DNA of 24,000 nucleotides from Pelagibacterium limicola. GTDB taxonomy: Bacteria > Pseudomonadota > Alphaproteobacteria > Rhizobiales > Devosiaceae. This document shows positions 1 through 8,820 of this stretch, piece by piece; position 1 is the stretch's first letter; the number at the start of each line of letters is the position of its first letter. The notes under the pieces are model-generated. The model was not told the origin of the DNA. It did not search any database and worked only from the letters and a program-made list of their open reading frames with translations. The translations under genes were made by a program, and so were the position numbers. The DNA is taken from the NCBI RefSeq assembly GCF_015694405.1, contig NZ_JADQDB010000005.1:589-24588 (forward strand), given 5' to 3'.

Positions 1-180
1 CCAAACCCGCATGAACGCGGTTATGCCCACGGCGACCTTGCCGGTGACTGCGATCCGCCATGCCGGTCGACGGGATGCCTCACGACAAAACGGAAGCAGC
101 CATTGTCGATTTTCGATGTAGCGGATCGCCGCGGCAGTCAGCTACTGGTTATGAGACCCTATTTCTGCTGATCTTACGAC

Positions 181-1026
181 ATGATTCCAGCCACCCGATT
201 CCACACACGCACTTCGGTCCGCGACGATTTGAAGAACCTCGGCGTTCAGGCCGGCGACATGGTCATGGTCCACGCGGCTGTCAGCCAGCTTGGACGACTG
301 CTCTATGGTCCGGACGCGCTTATCGGCGCTCTTCTTGACGCGGTTGGATCGGCGGGCACGATCCTGGCCTACACGGATTGGGACGGCGCTTACGACGAGC
401 TGCTGGACGAAGGCGGACGGGTCCTGGCCGAATGGCGCGTCCACATTCCGGCGTTCGATCCTGCCAGCTCCCGCGCCAACCGCGACAACGGCGTCCTCCC
501 CGAATTTATTCGCACGACGCCGGGCGCGCGACGCAGCGGCAACCCAGGCGCCTCGGTGGCGGCGATTGGCGCCCGGGCCGAGTGGCTAGTGGCTGATCAT
601 CCGCTCGATTACGGCTATGGTGAAGGCTCTCCATTCGCAAAGCTTGTGGAGGTCGGAGGCAAGGTTCTGATGGTCGGCGCCCCGCTCGACACGATGACAC
701 TTCTTCATCATGCTGAGCATTTGGCTCAGATTCCGAACAAGCGCCTGCGCCGCTATGAGGTGCCGTTTTCGGTATCCGGGGGCGTGGAATGGCGGTTCAT
801 CAATGAGTTTGATACGTCGGACCCGATCGTGCCTACCCTTGACGAGGACTACTTCGGCGTGATTGTGCAGGAGTTCCTGGCGAGTGGGCGAGGCAAGGAG
901 GGCCAGGTTGGCGAAGCACGGTCGGTGCTCGTCGATGCTGCCCCGGTCTGCGCGTTCGCTACCGTCTGGTTGGAACGTCATGTCGGAGGCACGGGCGTTG
1001 AACCGGAATATGAGACCTCACCCTAA
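181..1026 (+). CDS. AAC(3)-family aminoglycoside N(3)-acetyltransferase
   Basis: 281-aa ORF. It resembles AAC(3) enzymes over its full length as I remember them: LGVQxGDxxMVHA, PxFDPxxS, TPGARRSxxPxAS, GAPLDxxTxLHxAE and IPNKR blocks in the right order. G/C is strongly preferred at third codon positions. Confidence 0.85.
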   Translation: MIPATRFHTRTSVRDDLKNLGVQAGDMVMVHAAVSQLGRLLYGPDALIGALLDAVGSAGTILAYTDWDGAYDELLDEGGRVLAEWRVHIPAFDPASSRANRDNGVLPEFIRTTPGARRSGNPGASVAAIGARAEWLVADHPLDYGYGEGSPFAKLVEVGGKVLMVGAPLDTMTLLHHAEHLAQIPNKRLRRYEVPFSVSGGVEWRFINEFDTSDPIVPTLDEDYFGVIVQEFLASGRGKEGQVGEARSVLVDAAPVCAFATVWLERHVGGTGVEPEYETSP

Positions 1027-1038
1027 AGGCGACCTGTC

Positions 1039-1653
1039 ATGGACATCACCTCTCTGCTCATCTTCGCCGGTGCGTTGCTCGTCGCCGCCGGATCGCCGGG
1101 TCCCTCGGTAGCCGCTCTAGTGGCCCGCGTGATCTCGAAGGGTTTTCGCGACGTGTTTCCGTTCCTGCTCGCCATGTGGATCGGCGAAGGCATCTGGCTG
1201 TCGCTGGCGGTGTTTGGACTGGCGGTCGTGGCGCAGACTTTTCACCTCGCCTTCGTCGTCGTGAAGTGGCTGGGTGTTGTCTATCTGCTCTATCTGGCCT
1301 GGAAGATGTGGTTCGCGCCGGTGAAGCTACGCGACGGCGAGATACCGCGTGAGGATTCGCCGATAAAGCTCTTCATTGCGGGCATGGCCGTCACGCTTGG
1401 CAACCCGAAGATCATGATGTTCTACATGGCGCTTCTGCCGACAATCGTTGACCTCGCGGCAGTTACGGTCGTCGGCTGGCTGGAACTGACGCTTACAATG
1501 GCGATCGTGCTCATCGGGATCGACATCGCCTGGGTGTTTGCAGCCGCGCAGGCACGTAAGTTCCTGAAGAGCGAACGGGCCATGCGCGCCGCTAACCGTA
1601 TCAGTGCCGGTATGATGGGCGGTGCGGCGGCCGCCATCGCCGCGCGGACTTGA
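1039..1653 (+). CDS. LysE/RhtB-family amino-acid exporter
   Basis: 204-aa ORF starting 12 nt after the AAC(3) stop. It has multiple hydrophobic segments, an N-terminal AAGSPGPS motif and a size typical of LysE-family translocators. Confidence 0.8.
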   Translation: MDITSLLIFAGALLVAAGSPGPSVAALVARVISKGFRDVFPFLLAMWIGEGIWLSLAVFGLAVVAQTFHLAFVVVKWLGVVYLLYLAWKMWFAPVKLRDGEIPREDSPIKLFIAGMAVTLGNPKIMMFYMALLPTIVDLAAVTVVGWLELTLTMAIVLIGIDIAWVFAAAQARKFLKSERAMRAANRISAGMMGGAAAAIAART

Positions 1654-1658
1654 GCTAG

Positions 1659-2108
1659 TCAGGTTCCTCGCGCAACAGCCGGATATTCGCCCTTCGGCCG
1701 CGTATCAAACGAGGCGGCGACCCGTAAGAAAGCGGTGATGCCGACCGCGATAGCGCCGATAATGGAAAATATGACCTGCCATGCATCGGAAGGCATGACG
1801 TGCTTCACGATCCCATAGGTCGCATAGAAGCCGGCGATCGCCGCTGGAGCGACGAAAGCGGCGGCCACAATCAACTTGAGCCACATCTGCCTGGCGAAGG
1901 TTATCAGCAGACGTCCGGCAGCCAGCGTGATGGCAGCGGCGAAGGCGCCAACCAGAATGGCGCCGGGAATGCCAGCACCGGTGCCGTGCGCCCAGACGCC
2001 CACGGTCACACCGACGAATGCCGGCACCGCGAAGACGGCCAACGTGAAAAGCAACCAGCAAAGCAAGCCGATCGCCGCGAGGGACGCAAGCATAGCGAGG
2101 ACGATCAT
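1659..2108 (-). CDS. hypothetical integral membrane protein
   Basis: Hydrophobic 149-aa product starting at the internal ATG at 2108 (MIVLAMLASLAAIG...), with GGAGA 8 nt upstream. The longer track ORF to 2315 starts at TTG and adds a non-membrane, R/P-rich extension that looks spurious. Confidence 0.55.
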   Translation of the reverse strand: MIVLAMLASLAAIGLLCWLLFTLAVFAVPAFVGVTVGVWAHGTGAGIPGAILVGAFAAAITLAAGRLLITFARQMWLKLIVAAAFVAPAAIAGFYATYGIVKHVMPSDAWQVIFSIIGAIAVGITAFLRVAASFDTRPKGEYPAVARGT

Positions 2109-2250
2109 GGCGGTGGTCTCCGTTCGGACAAGGTCTGACGGTCGCGCCTTCCACCACCACCGCGGCGCGCTGAAAATGTAGCGTATAACGAGCCGCGTCG
2201 GGAGCGGAAATCTGGGGCCATCTCCGTTCGGCCCGAGCGGCTCGCTGTTC

Positions 2251-2418
2251 TCAGGAGGCGAAGGGGTCGATCTCGCGGATGATCGCGGCGCTGTCGCCAT
2301 CATACTCGCTGGCAAGCATCACCGAGAGGGTGCCGTCTCCGGCTTGAAGGATGATAATGGTCGTCATCAGCGTGGTGGCGAGGCTGAAGGCGAAGGCGTG
2401 AGCGTCGTTGAGGGACAT
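2251..2418 (-). CDS. possible small protein (55 aa, MSLNDAHAFAFSLATTLMTTIIILQAG...)
   Basis: It is below the track cut-off. The ATG at 2418 has AGGAG about 8 nt upstream, and most third codon positions are G/C. No recognisable family. Confidence 0.3.
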   Translation of the reverse strand: MSLNDAHAFAFSLATTLMTTIIILQAGDGTLSVMLASEYDGDSAAIIREIDPFAS

Positions 2419-2785
2419 CGATCCGGCTCCTGTTCCGAGCGGAGGATCATCCCCCGCTGACAGGCGCCCGATGTGTCGGACTGAACGCTGCGATCACCGC
2501 GCAGGCTGAGCCGCAGCGGCGGCATGCTCGCATAGCCGACCCTTTACGGGTTGATGGCGTCAAGCGATCAGTCGGACCAAGGATCAGCGCAGACAGGCGG
2601 GGTGGTGCTCCTGTGCCGGAGCTGGAGCGGGATGCCGAAGCGTCGAAGGGGCTTGTTGCGACCCCGTCACCGACGTTCAGCAGCAATTCCAGTCGGACGA
2701 GAAGCGGGTGTTCAACCGGAGGACGACGCGGACGCTGGATGGACCTACAGCTGCCGGCGGTCGTTCACTCGCACCACCTCCAGGG

Positions 2786-3145
2786 CTAGGCGGTCCCGAA
2801 CATCACATGGCGGCCATCTGGATCAATGACGGTGACCACGACATCGTCAACGGCACTCGGTGCGATTCCGAGCTGATCGAGATGCGCGAGGAACGCTTTC
2901 TGTTCCGTAATCTGGAAGTACAGGTGCGTGAGGTTAGATTCTCGCAGCGCGGGATGCGTATACGATGCAAAGGCCTGTGCGTCGTGGATCGACAATTGCA
3001 CGCCATCGAGATCAAGGCGCCAATAGACATAAGTCTCAGGTGTTCCGACGGCATCGATCGGGAGCGCGGCGACTTGCTGGTAGAATTTTGCTGCCTTTTC
3101 GGGGTTCTCGCTCGTTAGAAAGACCCCCCGCAACTTGGTTTCCAT
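2786..3145 (-). CDS. VOC-family (glyoxalase/bleomycin-resistance/dioxygenase fold) protein
   Basis: 119-aa ORF of the size and pattern of single-domain VOC proteins (N-terminal LRGVFLTSENPEKAAKFY..., C-terminal VIDPDGRHVMF). Confidence 0.75.
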   Translation of the reverse strand: METKLRGVFLTSENPEKAAKFYQQVAALPIDAVGTPETYVYWRLDLDGVQLSIHDAQAFASYTHPALRESNLTHLYFQITEQKAFLAHLDQLGIAPSAVDDVVVTVIDPDGRHVMFGTA

Positions 3146-3254
3146 TTGTTCCTCCTACAATGTTGCAACGAAGCGATGCTAATCGGCATCGATTGGGATA
3201 TAAACGGCAAGCCACTCATTGAACTCGATCTGGCGACCGTGTGATGGGCGGCGC

Positions 3255-4175
3255 TCAAGCGCCGCCAAACCTCCAGACCGGGATGCCGAGCTTCCTGGCC
3301 TTGTCAGCAAGGTTGTCATTGATGCCCGTGCCCGGGAAGTGCATCACGCCCCTCGGCACAATCTCGAGCATCTGGTCGTTGCGCTTAAAGGGCGCGGCTC
3401 GGCCGTGCTTCGTCCAGTCGGGTGCGAAGCCGATCTGCGGAACGTTGCGGTTCCTCGCCCAAAGTGAGGCGATCTTCTCGGCGCCCTTCGGCGACTTGCC
3501 GTGAACCAGCACCATGTCGGGGTGCTTCGCATGCGCCAGGTCGAGCTTAGCCCAGATCAACTGGTGGTCGTTGAAGTCGAGCCCGCCGGTGACGACGATC
3601 TTCGGGCCGGGAGGCAGCAGCACTTGCTGTTCCGCGCGTTTCTTCGCCATCAGGAAATCGCGGCTGTCGATCATCGCCGAGGTGAGATTGCGGTGGTTGA
3701 CCTTTGATCCGCTGCGCGGGAGCCAAGGCTTGCCGACGTGGCGCTCGTAGTGTTCGGCAGCCTGGTCGCGCATCAGCTCGAAGGCGTTCTGGCGCTCGAT
3801 CAGCGTTATGCCCTCAGCGATCAGGCGCTCGAGTTCGACCGACTTCACCTCGCTGCCGTCCTGTTCCCGTTGCGAGCGCTTCTGTGCCTGCTCGTTGTCG
3901 TCCAGCTGGCGAGCAATCCGCTCGGTCGCGCGCTGGAAGACGTTGGCCATCGACCAGAGGAGATCGTCGAGGTCGGGTTCGAGGCGCGTGTCCTCCAGCG
4001 TAACGATCAGCGCGTCGAAGATGTCTGCGACGGCGCCCGCTACCGCGTTGCCATCCGGGAGGAGTCGCTGGTCGGGTTCGTCGGCGAAGGGCCGGTAGCC
4101 GTGGAGTTGGAGTTCATTGAGCACATGGTCGGTGGGTGAGGATTCGTGGTGCGGTTCGTCGTCGTGCTCGCGCAT
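3255..4175 (-). CDS. DUF2493 (SLOG-type) domain protein of ICE backbones
   Basis: The C-terminal ~130 aa (KIVVTGGLDFNDHQLIWAKLD...MVLVHGKSPKGAEKIA...PDWTKHGRAAPFKRND...) match my memory of DUF2493. The start is placed at ATG 4175 (MREHDDEP), which has GGAG 6 nt upstream. The track ORF extends to 4232. Confidence 0.75.
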   Translation of the reverse strand: MREHDDEPHHESSPTDHVLNELQLHGYRPFADEPDQRLLPDGNAVAGAVADIFDALIVTLEDTRLEPDLDDLLWSMANVFQRATERIARQLDDNEQAQKRSQREQDGSEVKSVELERLIAEGITLIERQNAFELMRDQAAEHYERHVGKPWLPRSGSKVNHRNLTSAMIDSRDFLMAKKRAEQQVLLPPGPKIVVTGGLDFNDHQLIWAKLDLAHAKHPDMVLVHGKSPKGAEKIASLWARNRNVPQIGFAPDWTKHGRAAPFKRNDQMLEIVPRGVMHFPGTGINDNLADKARKLGIPVWRFGGA

Positions 4176-4470
4176 GGGGGGCTCCGTCGATTGGACCGCG
4201 ACCATCGCGGCCTTCATGGCGACGAATCCCACAGGCCGGTCGGCCGGGCACCCGGAGCACAGCGCAGGGCCTGATGGCTAAGGCCGGCTATTTTGCCTCG
4301 CGATGGAAAGTGGCCTTCAGGCCGCGCCGGAAAATAGTCGGCCGCCGCCATTGCCGGCTGGCCGGCTTGTGGGCCGATCGCCCTCTCGAAGGCCGAGGCG
4401 CGGTCCTCCCAGACGGAATGACGCATCCCGAGGGGCACGATGGCGCCCGCCGCCACGTTCCTCGTGCCGG

Positions 4471-5502
4471 CTAGGCCGCCAGCGTCATGAAGCGTTGGAC
4501 GTCCTGCGGCCCGATCTGCATCCGGGTTCGGCTGCGCAGAGCTTCAAGGCCGAGGGTGCGCAGATCCTCGTTGAAGTCGCCCAGTTGAGGCGAGATGACG
4601 ATCGCCTCTATCCCGGCTTCGTTTGCCCGTGCGACCAGACTGTCCCGTGCGACATCGCCGGCCGGATCGTCGTCGCGCAGGATGTAGAGCCGGCGCAGCG
4701 TGTCCGGGAACAGGACGGCAGCGAGATGCGCTGCCGAGAGCGCCGCCATCATCGGCATGTCGGGCAAGACCTGGCGGACCGACAAGACGGTCTCGATGCC
4801 TTCGCCGGCCGCCATGACCTCGCCGCCGATGCTGAAGCGGACCGCATTTCCGAGAAGGTCGCCCATTGCCCGACGCGGCGTGTCGAGTGGCGCCTTGTCT
4901 CGTCGTCCCGGATCGAGCCAGGTTCGATGCGCTCCGGTGATTCTGCCGTCGACGCCGGTGACCGCGGCGATCATGGCCGGCCAGGTCTCGGTCGGCGAAT
5001 GCTCGTCCGGCCGATAGTAGCAGCGCGGGTGGAAACGCAGATTTCCGGTTCCGCGCAAATCCGTAATCCCGCGTTTGCGGAGATACGATTCTACGAGCGT
5101 GCCCGTGATCGGCCGCGCCATGGCGAACAGGCGGCGGGCGGCCTCGGGTGAGCCATGCGGCGCCGGGGCCTCACGCATAGCGGTCGGTCTCGGCTCGGGT
5201 GGCGGCATGCTGAGGAAGGATCGGGCCTCGTCGGCAACGTCCTTGAAGTCGGCGAGACCACAGCTTTGCCGGATGACGTCGAGCAGATCGCCGTGCTCTC
5301 CGGTGGCGGCGTCGGTCCACTTGCCAGCAGACCCTTTCGGCGAGTCCTTGAGCCGGACAAACATCGAGCGGCCCGACGTGTTACGCACGTCCCCTACAAG
5401 CCAGTAGCTTCCGTGGCGGCGACCGTTCGACAGATAGTGGCGGCAAACCGCCTCGGCTCGGTCGGCGAGGCGGCGTGAGAGGCTGTGCGGCGAGTCCGCC
5501 AT
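4471..5502 (-). CDS. toprim-domain (DUF7146-type, primase-like) protein of ICE backbones
   Basis: The N-terminus AVCRHYLSNGRRHGSYWLVGDVRNTSGRSMFVRL and a C-terminal toprim-like region (GEGIETVLS...YILRDDDPAG) fit the family. The start is placed at ATG 5502 (MADSPHSL), preceded by GAGGAG. The track ORF extends to 5571. Confidence 0.75.
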   Translation of the reverse strand: MADSPHSLSRRLADRAEAVCRHYLSNGRRHGSYWLVGDVRNTSGRSMFVRLKDSPKGSAGKWTDAATGEHGDLLDVIRQSCGLADFKDVADEARSFLSMPPPEPRPTAMREAPAPHGSPEAARRLFAMARPITGTLVESYLRKRGITDLRGTGNLRFHPRCYYRPDEHSPTETWPAMIAAVTGVDGRITGAHRTWLDPGRRDKAPLDTPRRAMGDLLGNAVRFSIGGEVMAAGEGIETVLSVRQVLPDMPMMAALSAAHLAAVLFPDTLRRLYILRDDDPAGDVARDSLVARANEAGIEAIVISPQLGDFNEDLRTLGLEALRSRTRMQIGPQDVQRFMTLAA

Positions 5503-5514
5503 GATGTGCTCCTC

Positions 5515-5545
5515 AAAAAAGAAGGCCCGCCGTTGCCGGCGGGCC
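5515..5545 (-). terminator. intrinsic terminator between the ParB-like gene and the toprim gene
   Basis: A perfect 9-bp GC stem (5524-5532 ggcccgccg / 5537-5545 cggcgggcc) with a 4-nt loop. On the minus-strand transcript it is followed directly by UUCUUUUUU (5515-5523). Confidence 0.7.
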
Positions 5546-5567
5546 CAGTCATACAAGTCGTTGACGT

Positions 5568-7679
5568 TCACTCGGCCGCGATCGCGTGGGGTGCGTCGTC
5601 GGCAGGGTCATTCTCCTCCGTCGGCTCCTCATCGGCCATGGCCGTTTCGCCGCCGTCGCCCGCCGTTTCTTCGCCGGTTGGCTCGGCCTCGGCACCATCA
5701 GCGTCGAGCGTCTCATTCAACGCTGGCCCGGGCGTGTGCAGCGGTTCGGGAAGCCAGCCGCTACCAACCAGCAGGCGCTCGGCTTCGGTCGCCATGTCGC
5801 CCTTCTTGAGATGGGCGATGCGGTCGGCGGCATCCTGACCCTTCGCCTCCGCAACGGCATGGAGGATGCGCGCTTTGGTGACGCGGCCGAGGAAGGCATC
5901 CACGGTTGGCGTCCAACCCGCGGCGGCCATGTCGAGGCCGACCGCTCCGGCCAGACGATCCGCATGAGCGAGCGCGCGGGGCCGCCTGTTCCACGGTTCG
6001 TGCACGGCGTTCACCGAGAGGCCGACGACGTGAGCGAACAGATCCGCCTGGCTCTGCCCATCGAGGCGCTGGAGAGCATCCCACAGGTCAGCGGAATCCT
6101 TGGGCAGGCGCTTGCCCCAGCGCTCGTGCCGGGCGGTGATCGCCAATGCGGACGCGCTGTCGTTCAGCCCCGGCGCCTGCGCGCTGAAGCCCACGCTCTT
6201 GAGATCAAGCTCGAGGCAGCTGTCCGAGCCATAGTGATAGAAGACCTTAAGCGTCAGAGCGTGAAGCGCTGCAACGAACGCGACATCGGGTCGCTCGCCA
6301 AGCGCCTTACGCAGGCCCAGGGTACGATGCGCGGTCAGCTCCGTCAGGAGGCGGTCCGAGATCGGCCCCAGGCCATCGTCCTCATCCGGATCGGCCGGAG
6401 CCTCGGACGCGGCGCTCGTCTCGCCGCCGTCCATATCATCGTTCGCTGCATGGACCGGCTCCTCGGATCCGTCGGCCGAGGCGGCGTCCGGGACGACGGG
6501 CTCCTCGTCCTCCGGGCGGACATGCCCTCGCTCCACGCGGAGCCGGCCGTCATGTCCGATGCTGACGAAAGCACCCGCGCGTGCGATCTCGGCCGGATCG
6601 AAGGTCAGCGGCCTCGCCTCGAAAGCTTCGAGCGCGGTTTCGAGCTCGCCGAAGCGCTCATCGATTGCCTCCGGCAGTTCGTCGGCGTCGGCGTATTCCT
6701 CGGTCAGGCGGTCAAACTCCGCCTGCAAGGCTTTGCGGGCCTCCTCCTCCTCGACCGAGAGCGGCGCGGGTTCACCGCGGAGCTGGCGAAGTCCGAAAGT
6801 ATGGCCATAGGCGAAATCGGGGGCGACCTCGATCCACTTCCAGCCTTCGGCGGCGATCGCCTGCGATTCCTCGCGCAGCTTCTCGGCGACCATCATGTCG
6901 ACGAGCGCGACGTCCTGCAGCCAGCCCCCGTCGTCGCCCTGGAAAAGGTCACGCAGGATCGTGCCGCCTGCCTCGACATAGGCGTCGATGCCGATGAACT
7001 GCGCCCGCTTGTCGGAGGCGCGCACGGCGCCCTCGGTGAGCATGCGCCGGATGACATAGGGCTGCTTGTCGTAGGACTGCTGCAGCCGCTCGAACACCTG
7101 CTCCTGCCGCTCGTGATCGCCCGAGACGGTGAAGGCCATCAACTGGTCAAGCGTCATGCCGTCCTCGGCATAGAGATCGAGCAGCTTGGGAGAGACCGAG
7201 GCGAGCTTCAGCCGCTGCTTGACGACATTGACCGAGACGAAGAAGGCGGCCGCGATCTCCTCCTCGGACTGGCCTTTCTCCTTGAGCGCAAGGAAGGCGC
7301 GGAACTGGTCGAGCGGATGGAGCGGCGCGCGCTGGACGTTCTCTGCGAGCGAGTCCTCCTCGGCGATGCCGCCCTCGCGCACGACGCAAGGCACGGGCGC
7401 GGTCTTCGCCAGCCGCTTCTGCTTAACCAGCAGTTCCAGCGCGCGGTAGCGACGTCCGCCCGCCGGAATCTCGAACATACCGGTCTCAGCGCCGGCTTCG
7501 TCCACGACAGGCCGGACGCTGAGGCCCTGGAGCAGGCCCCGACAGGCAATGTCCTCGGCGAGTTCCTCGATCGAGACGCCGGCCTTCACGCGCCGGACAT
7601 TCGACTGGCTGAGAACGAGCCTGTTGAAGGGAATGTCGCGCGAGGGCGACAGGGTGATCTTCTTCGCAGCAGTAGCCAT
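5568..7679 (-). CDS. ParB/Spo0J-like N-terminal-domain protein (large ICE type, 703 aa)
   Basis: The N-terminal ParB-like nuclease/CTP-binding region includes LLQGLSVRP...IPAGGRRYRALELL and an HTH-like FVSVNVVKQRLKL. It has an acidic C-terminus, and the ATG follows GGAG. Confidence 0.9.
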   Translation of the reverse strand: MATAAKKITLSPSRDIPFNRLVLSQSNVRRVKAGVSIEELAEDIACRGLLQGLSVRPVVDEAGAETGMFEIPAGGRRYRALELLVKQKRLAKTAPVPCVVREGGIAEEDSLAENVQRAPLHPLDQFRAFLALKEKGQSEEEIAAAFFVSVNVVKQRLKLASVSPKLLDLYAEDGMTLDQLMAFTVSGDHERQEQVFERLQQSYDKQPYVIRRMLTEGAVRASDKRAQFIGIDAYVEAGGTILRDLFQGDDGGWLQDVALVDMMVAEKLREESQAIAAEGWKWIEVAPDFAYGHTFGLRQLRGEPAPLSVEEEEARKALQAEFDRLTEEYADADELPEAIDERFGELETALEAFEARPLTFDPAEIARAGAFVSIGHDGRLRVERGHVRPEDEEPVVPDAASADGSEEPVHAANDDMDGGETSAASEAPADPDEDDGLGPISDRLLTELTAHRTLGLRKALGERPDVAFVAALHALTLKVFYHYGSDSCLELDLKSVGFSAQAPGLNDSASALAITARHERWGKRLPKDSADLWDALQRLDGQSQADLFAHVVGLSVNAVHEPWNRRPRALAHADRLAGAVGLDMAAAGWTPTVDAFLGRVTKARILHAVAEAKGQDAADRIAHLKKGDMATEAERLLVGSGWLPEPLHTPGPALNETLDADGAEAEPTGEETAGDGGETAMADEEPTEENDPADDAPHAIAAE

Positions 7680-7688
7680 GACGATGTA

Positions 7689-7782
7689 CTCCGCGACGGG
7701 CCGCCGAAAGCCTCTCTCTCGGCCTCCAACCCGTCACGAAGCGCAGCGCCGCCCTCTCACTCTGGGGGACGGCGCCGCAGAA
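7689..7782 (-). promoter_or_regulatory. conserved 5' leader, copy A (upstream of the ParB-like gene)
   Basis: It shares identical blocks with 8821-8925: ctccgcgacgggc, gccgaa, gcctctc, caacccgtcacg, ctctcactct and ccgcagaa. It ends in the gene's GGAG ribosome-binding site. Confidence 0.6.
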
Positions 7783-7853
7783 CCGATGATCAGGAAAAGC
7801 GTAAGGTCGCCGAGCCGGAGAGCCGTGAATCCGGTTCTCCGGCTTTCCGGAGT

Positions 7854-8813
7854 TCAGGCGACCGCCCATTCGACGGGAGCTTCGGTACCTTCTCCGGGAT
7901 GGTGCTCCGGCAGGAAGCCGAGCAGATAGTCGGCGGCCTTGCTCGCCTGCGAGGCCGCGCGGACGATCGCGCGATTGTCATCCCGCAGGAGCTGGAGCCA
8001 GGAAGCGATATAGTCGGCGTGCCGCACCGTCGGCACGATGCCGAGCGAGGCGCAGCAGAAGGCGGCGTTCATCTCCGCAACCAGTTCCTCGAAGGCGTAT
8101 TTCTTGGAGCCGAAGGAACCGGTGAGGTCGCGATCGAGGCGCGATCTATGCCCGGTCGCATGCCCGAGCTCGTGCAGCGCCGTGCGATGCCAGTTGATGG
8201 GCTCGAAATAGGCCTGCGGCGGCGGGACCTGCACGTAGTCCTGCCCCGGCGCATAGAAGGCGTGATTGCCGCCGATGCGAAAGTCGATGCCGGTCGACTC
8301 GATCAGCGCTTCGACCCTGGGCTCAATCAGGTCTGGCGGCGGTGGTGGCGCTGTCGCCGTAATGCTCTCCGGCAGGTTTTCGCACTGCGCGGTATTGAAT
8401 ACGGTGAAGCGTTTGAGGAACGGAATCGCCTAGGCTTCCTCGCCAACCTCGCGAGCGCGCCTCTTCTCCTCGTCGGGAATGAACCTGTCGGCGTAAACGA
8501 CGGTCGTGCCGCGCTCGCCTTTGCGGACGTTGCCACCGAGGGAAAGGGCCTGGCGGAAGGTTAGCCAGCTCTGGCCGGGAAAGCCATGCTCGATGACGGC
8601 GCCCCAGAGGATTAGGACGTTGATCCCGGAATATTGGCGCCCTGTCGCCGCGTTCCCGGGCATCGCGAGCGGCGCCTTCGCCCCGGCGGTCCCCCATGGC
8701 TGGACCCAGGGGACGGAGCCCCTCTCGAGCTCGGAGATGATCCTGTTCGTGATTTCGTCATAGAGGCCGGCCCTCTCGGAGCCATGCCGGACGCGTGCGC
8801 CTTTCGTGGCCAT
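7854..8813 (-). pseudogene. ardC: ArdC-type antirestriction protein (N-terminal ssDNA-binding domain plus HExxH metalloprotease domain), interrupted by an in-frame TAG at 8430-8432
   Basis: Track ORFs 8430..8813 and 7854..8234 are in the same frame. Translation reads ...REVGEEA*AIPFLKRFTVFNTAQCENLPE...VQVPPPQAYFEPINWHRTALHELGHATGH..., a continuous ArdC-like sequence with one stop. Confidence 0.8.
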
Positions 8814-8820
8814 CGCGGTT

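Noticed and set aside
1659-2315. Full 218-aa version of the membrane-protein ORF
   Set aside because: The first 69 residues come from a TTG start and are R/P/S-rich and non-hydrophobic. The internal ATG at 2108 has a good GGAGA site and starts exactly at the hydrophobic core.
2447-2686. 79-aa minus-strand ORF in the 366-nt gap between the VOC gene and the small ORF
   Set aside because: It has only a moderate G/C preference at third codon positions, an S/R/G-rich product, no ribosome-binding site that I could see and no family resemblance. I leave the gap unannotated.
3247-3266. 8-bp GC hairpin ggcggcgc-tcaa-gcgccgcc that looks like a terminator
   Set aside because: It encodes the last residues and the stop codon of the DUF2493 gene and is not followed by a U-tract on the transcript.
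4176-4470. Possible third copy of the ParB/ArdC leader upstream of the DUF2493 gene
   Set aside because: Only short fragments recur (cgccctctc, ggccttcg). The long blocks caacccgtcacg and ctccgcgacgggc are absent, so I do not count it as a copy.
4303-5151. 282-aa plus-strand ORF opposite the toprim gene
   Set aside because: Antisense shadow with an R/P/G-rich product. The toprim-family reading on the minus strand is convincing.
5586-8564. 992-aa plus-strand ORF, the longest in the track
   Set aside because: It runs antisense to the ParB-like gene and ardC and straight through their intergenic leader. Its product is R/G/A/L-rich with no motif, while the minus-strand products have clear family motifs. 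This is a typical stop-free antisense frame in high-GC DNA.
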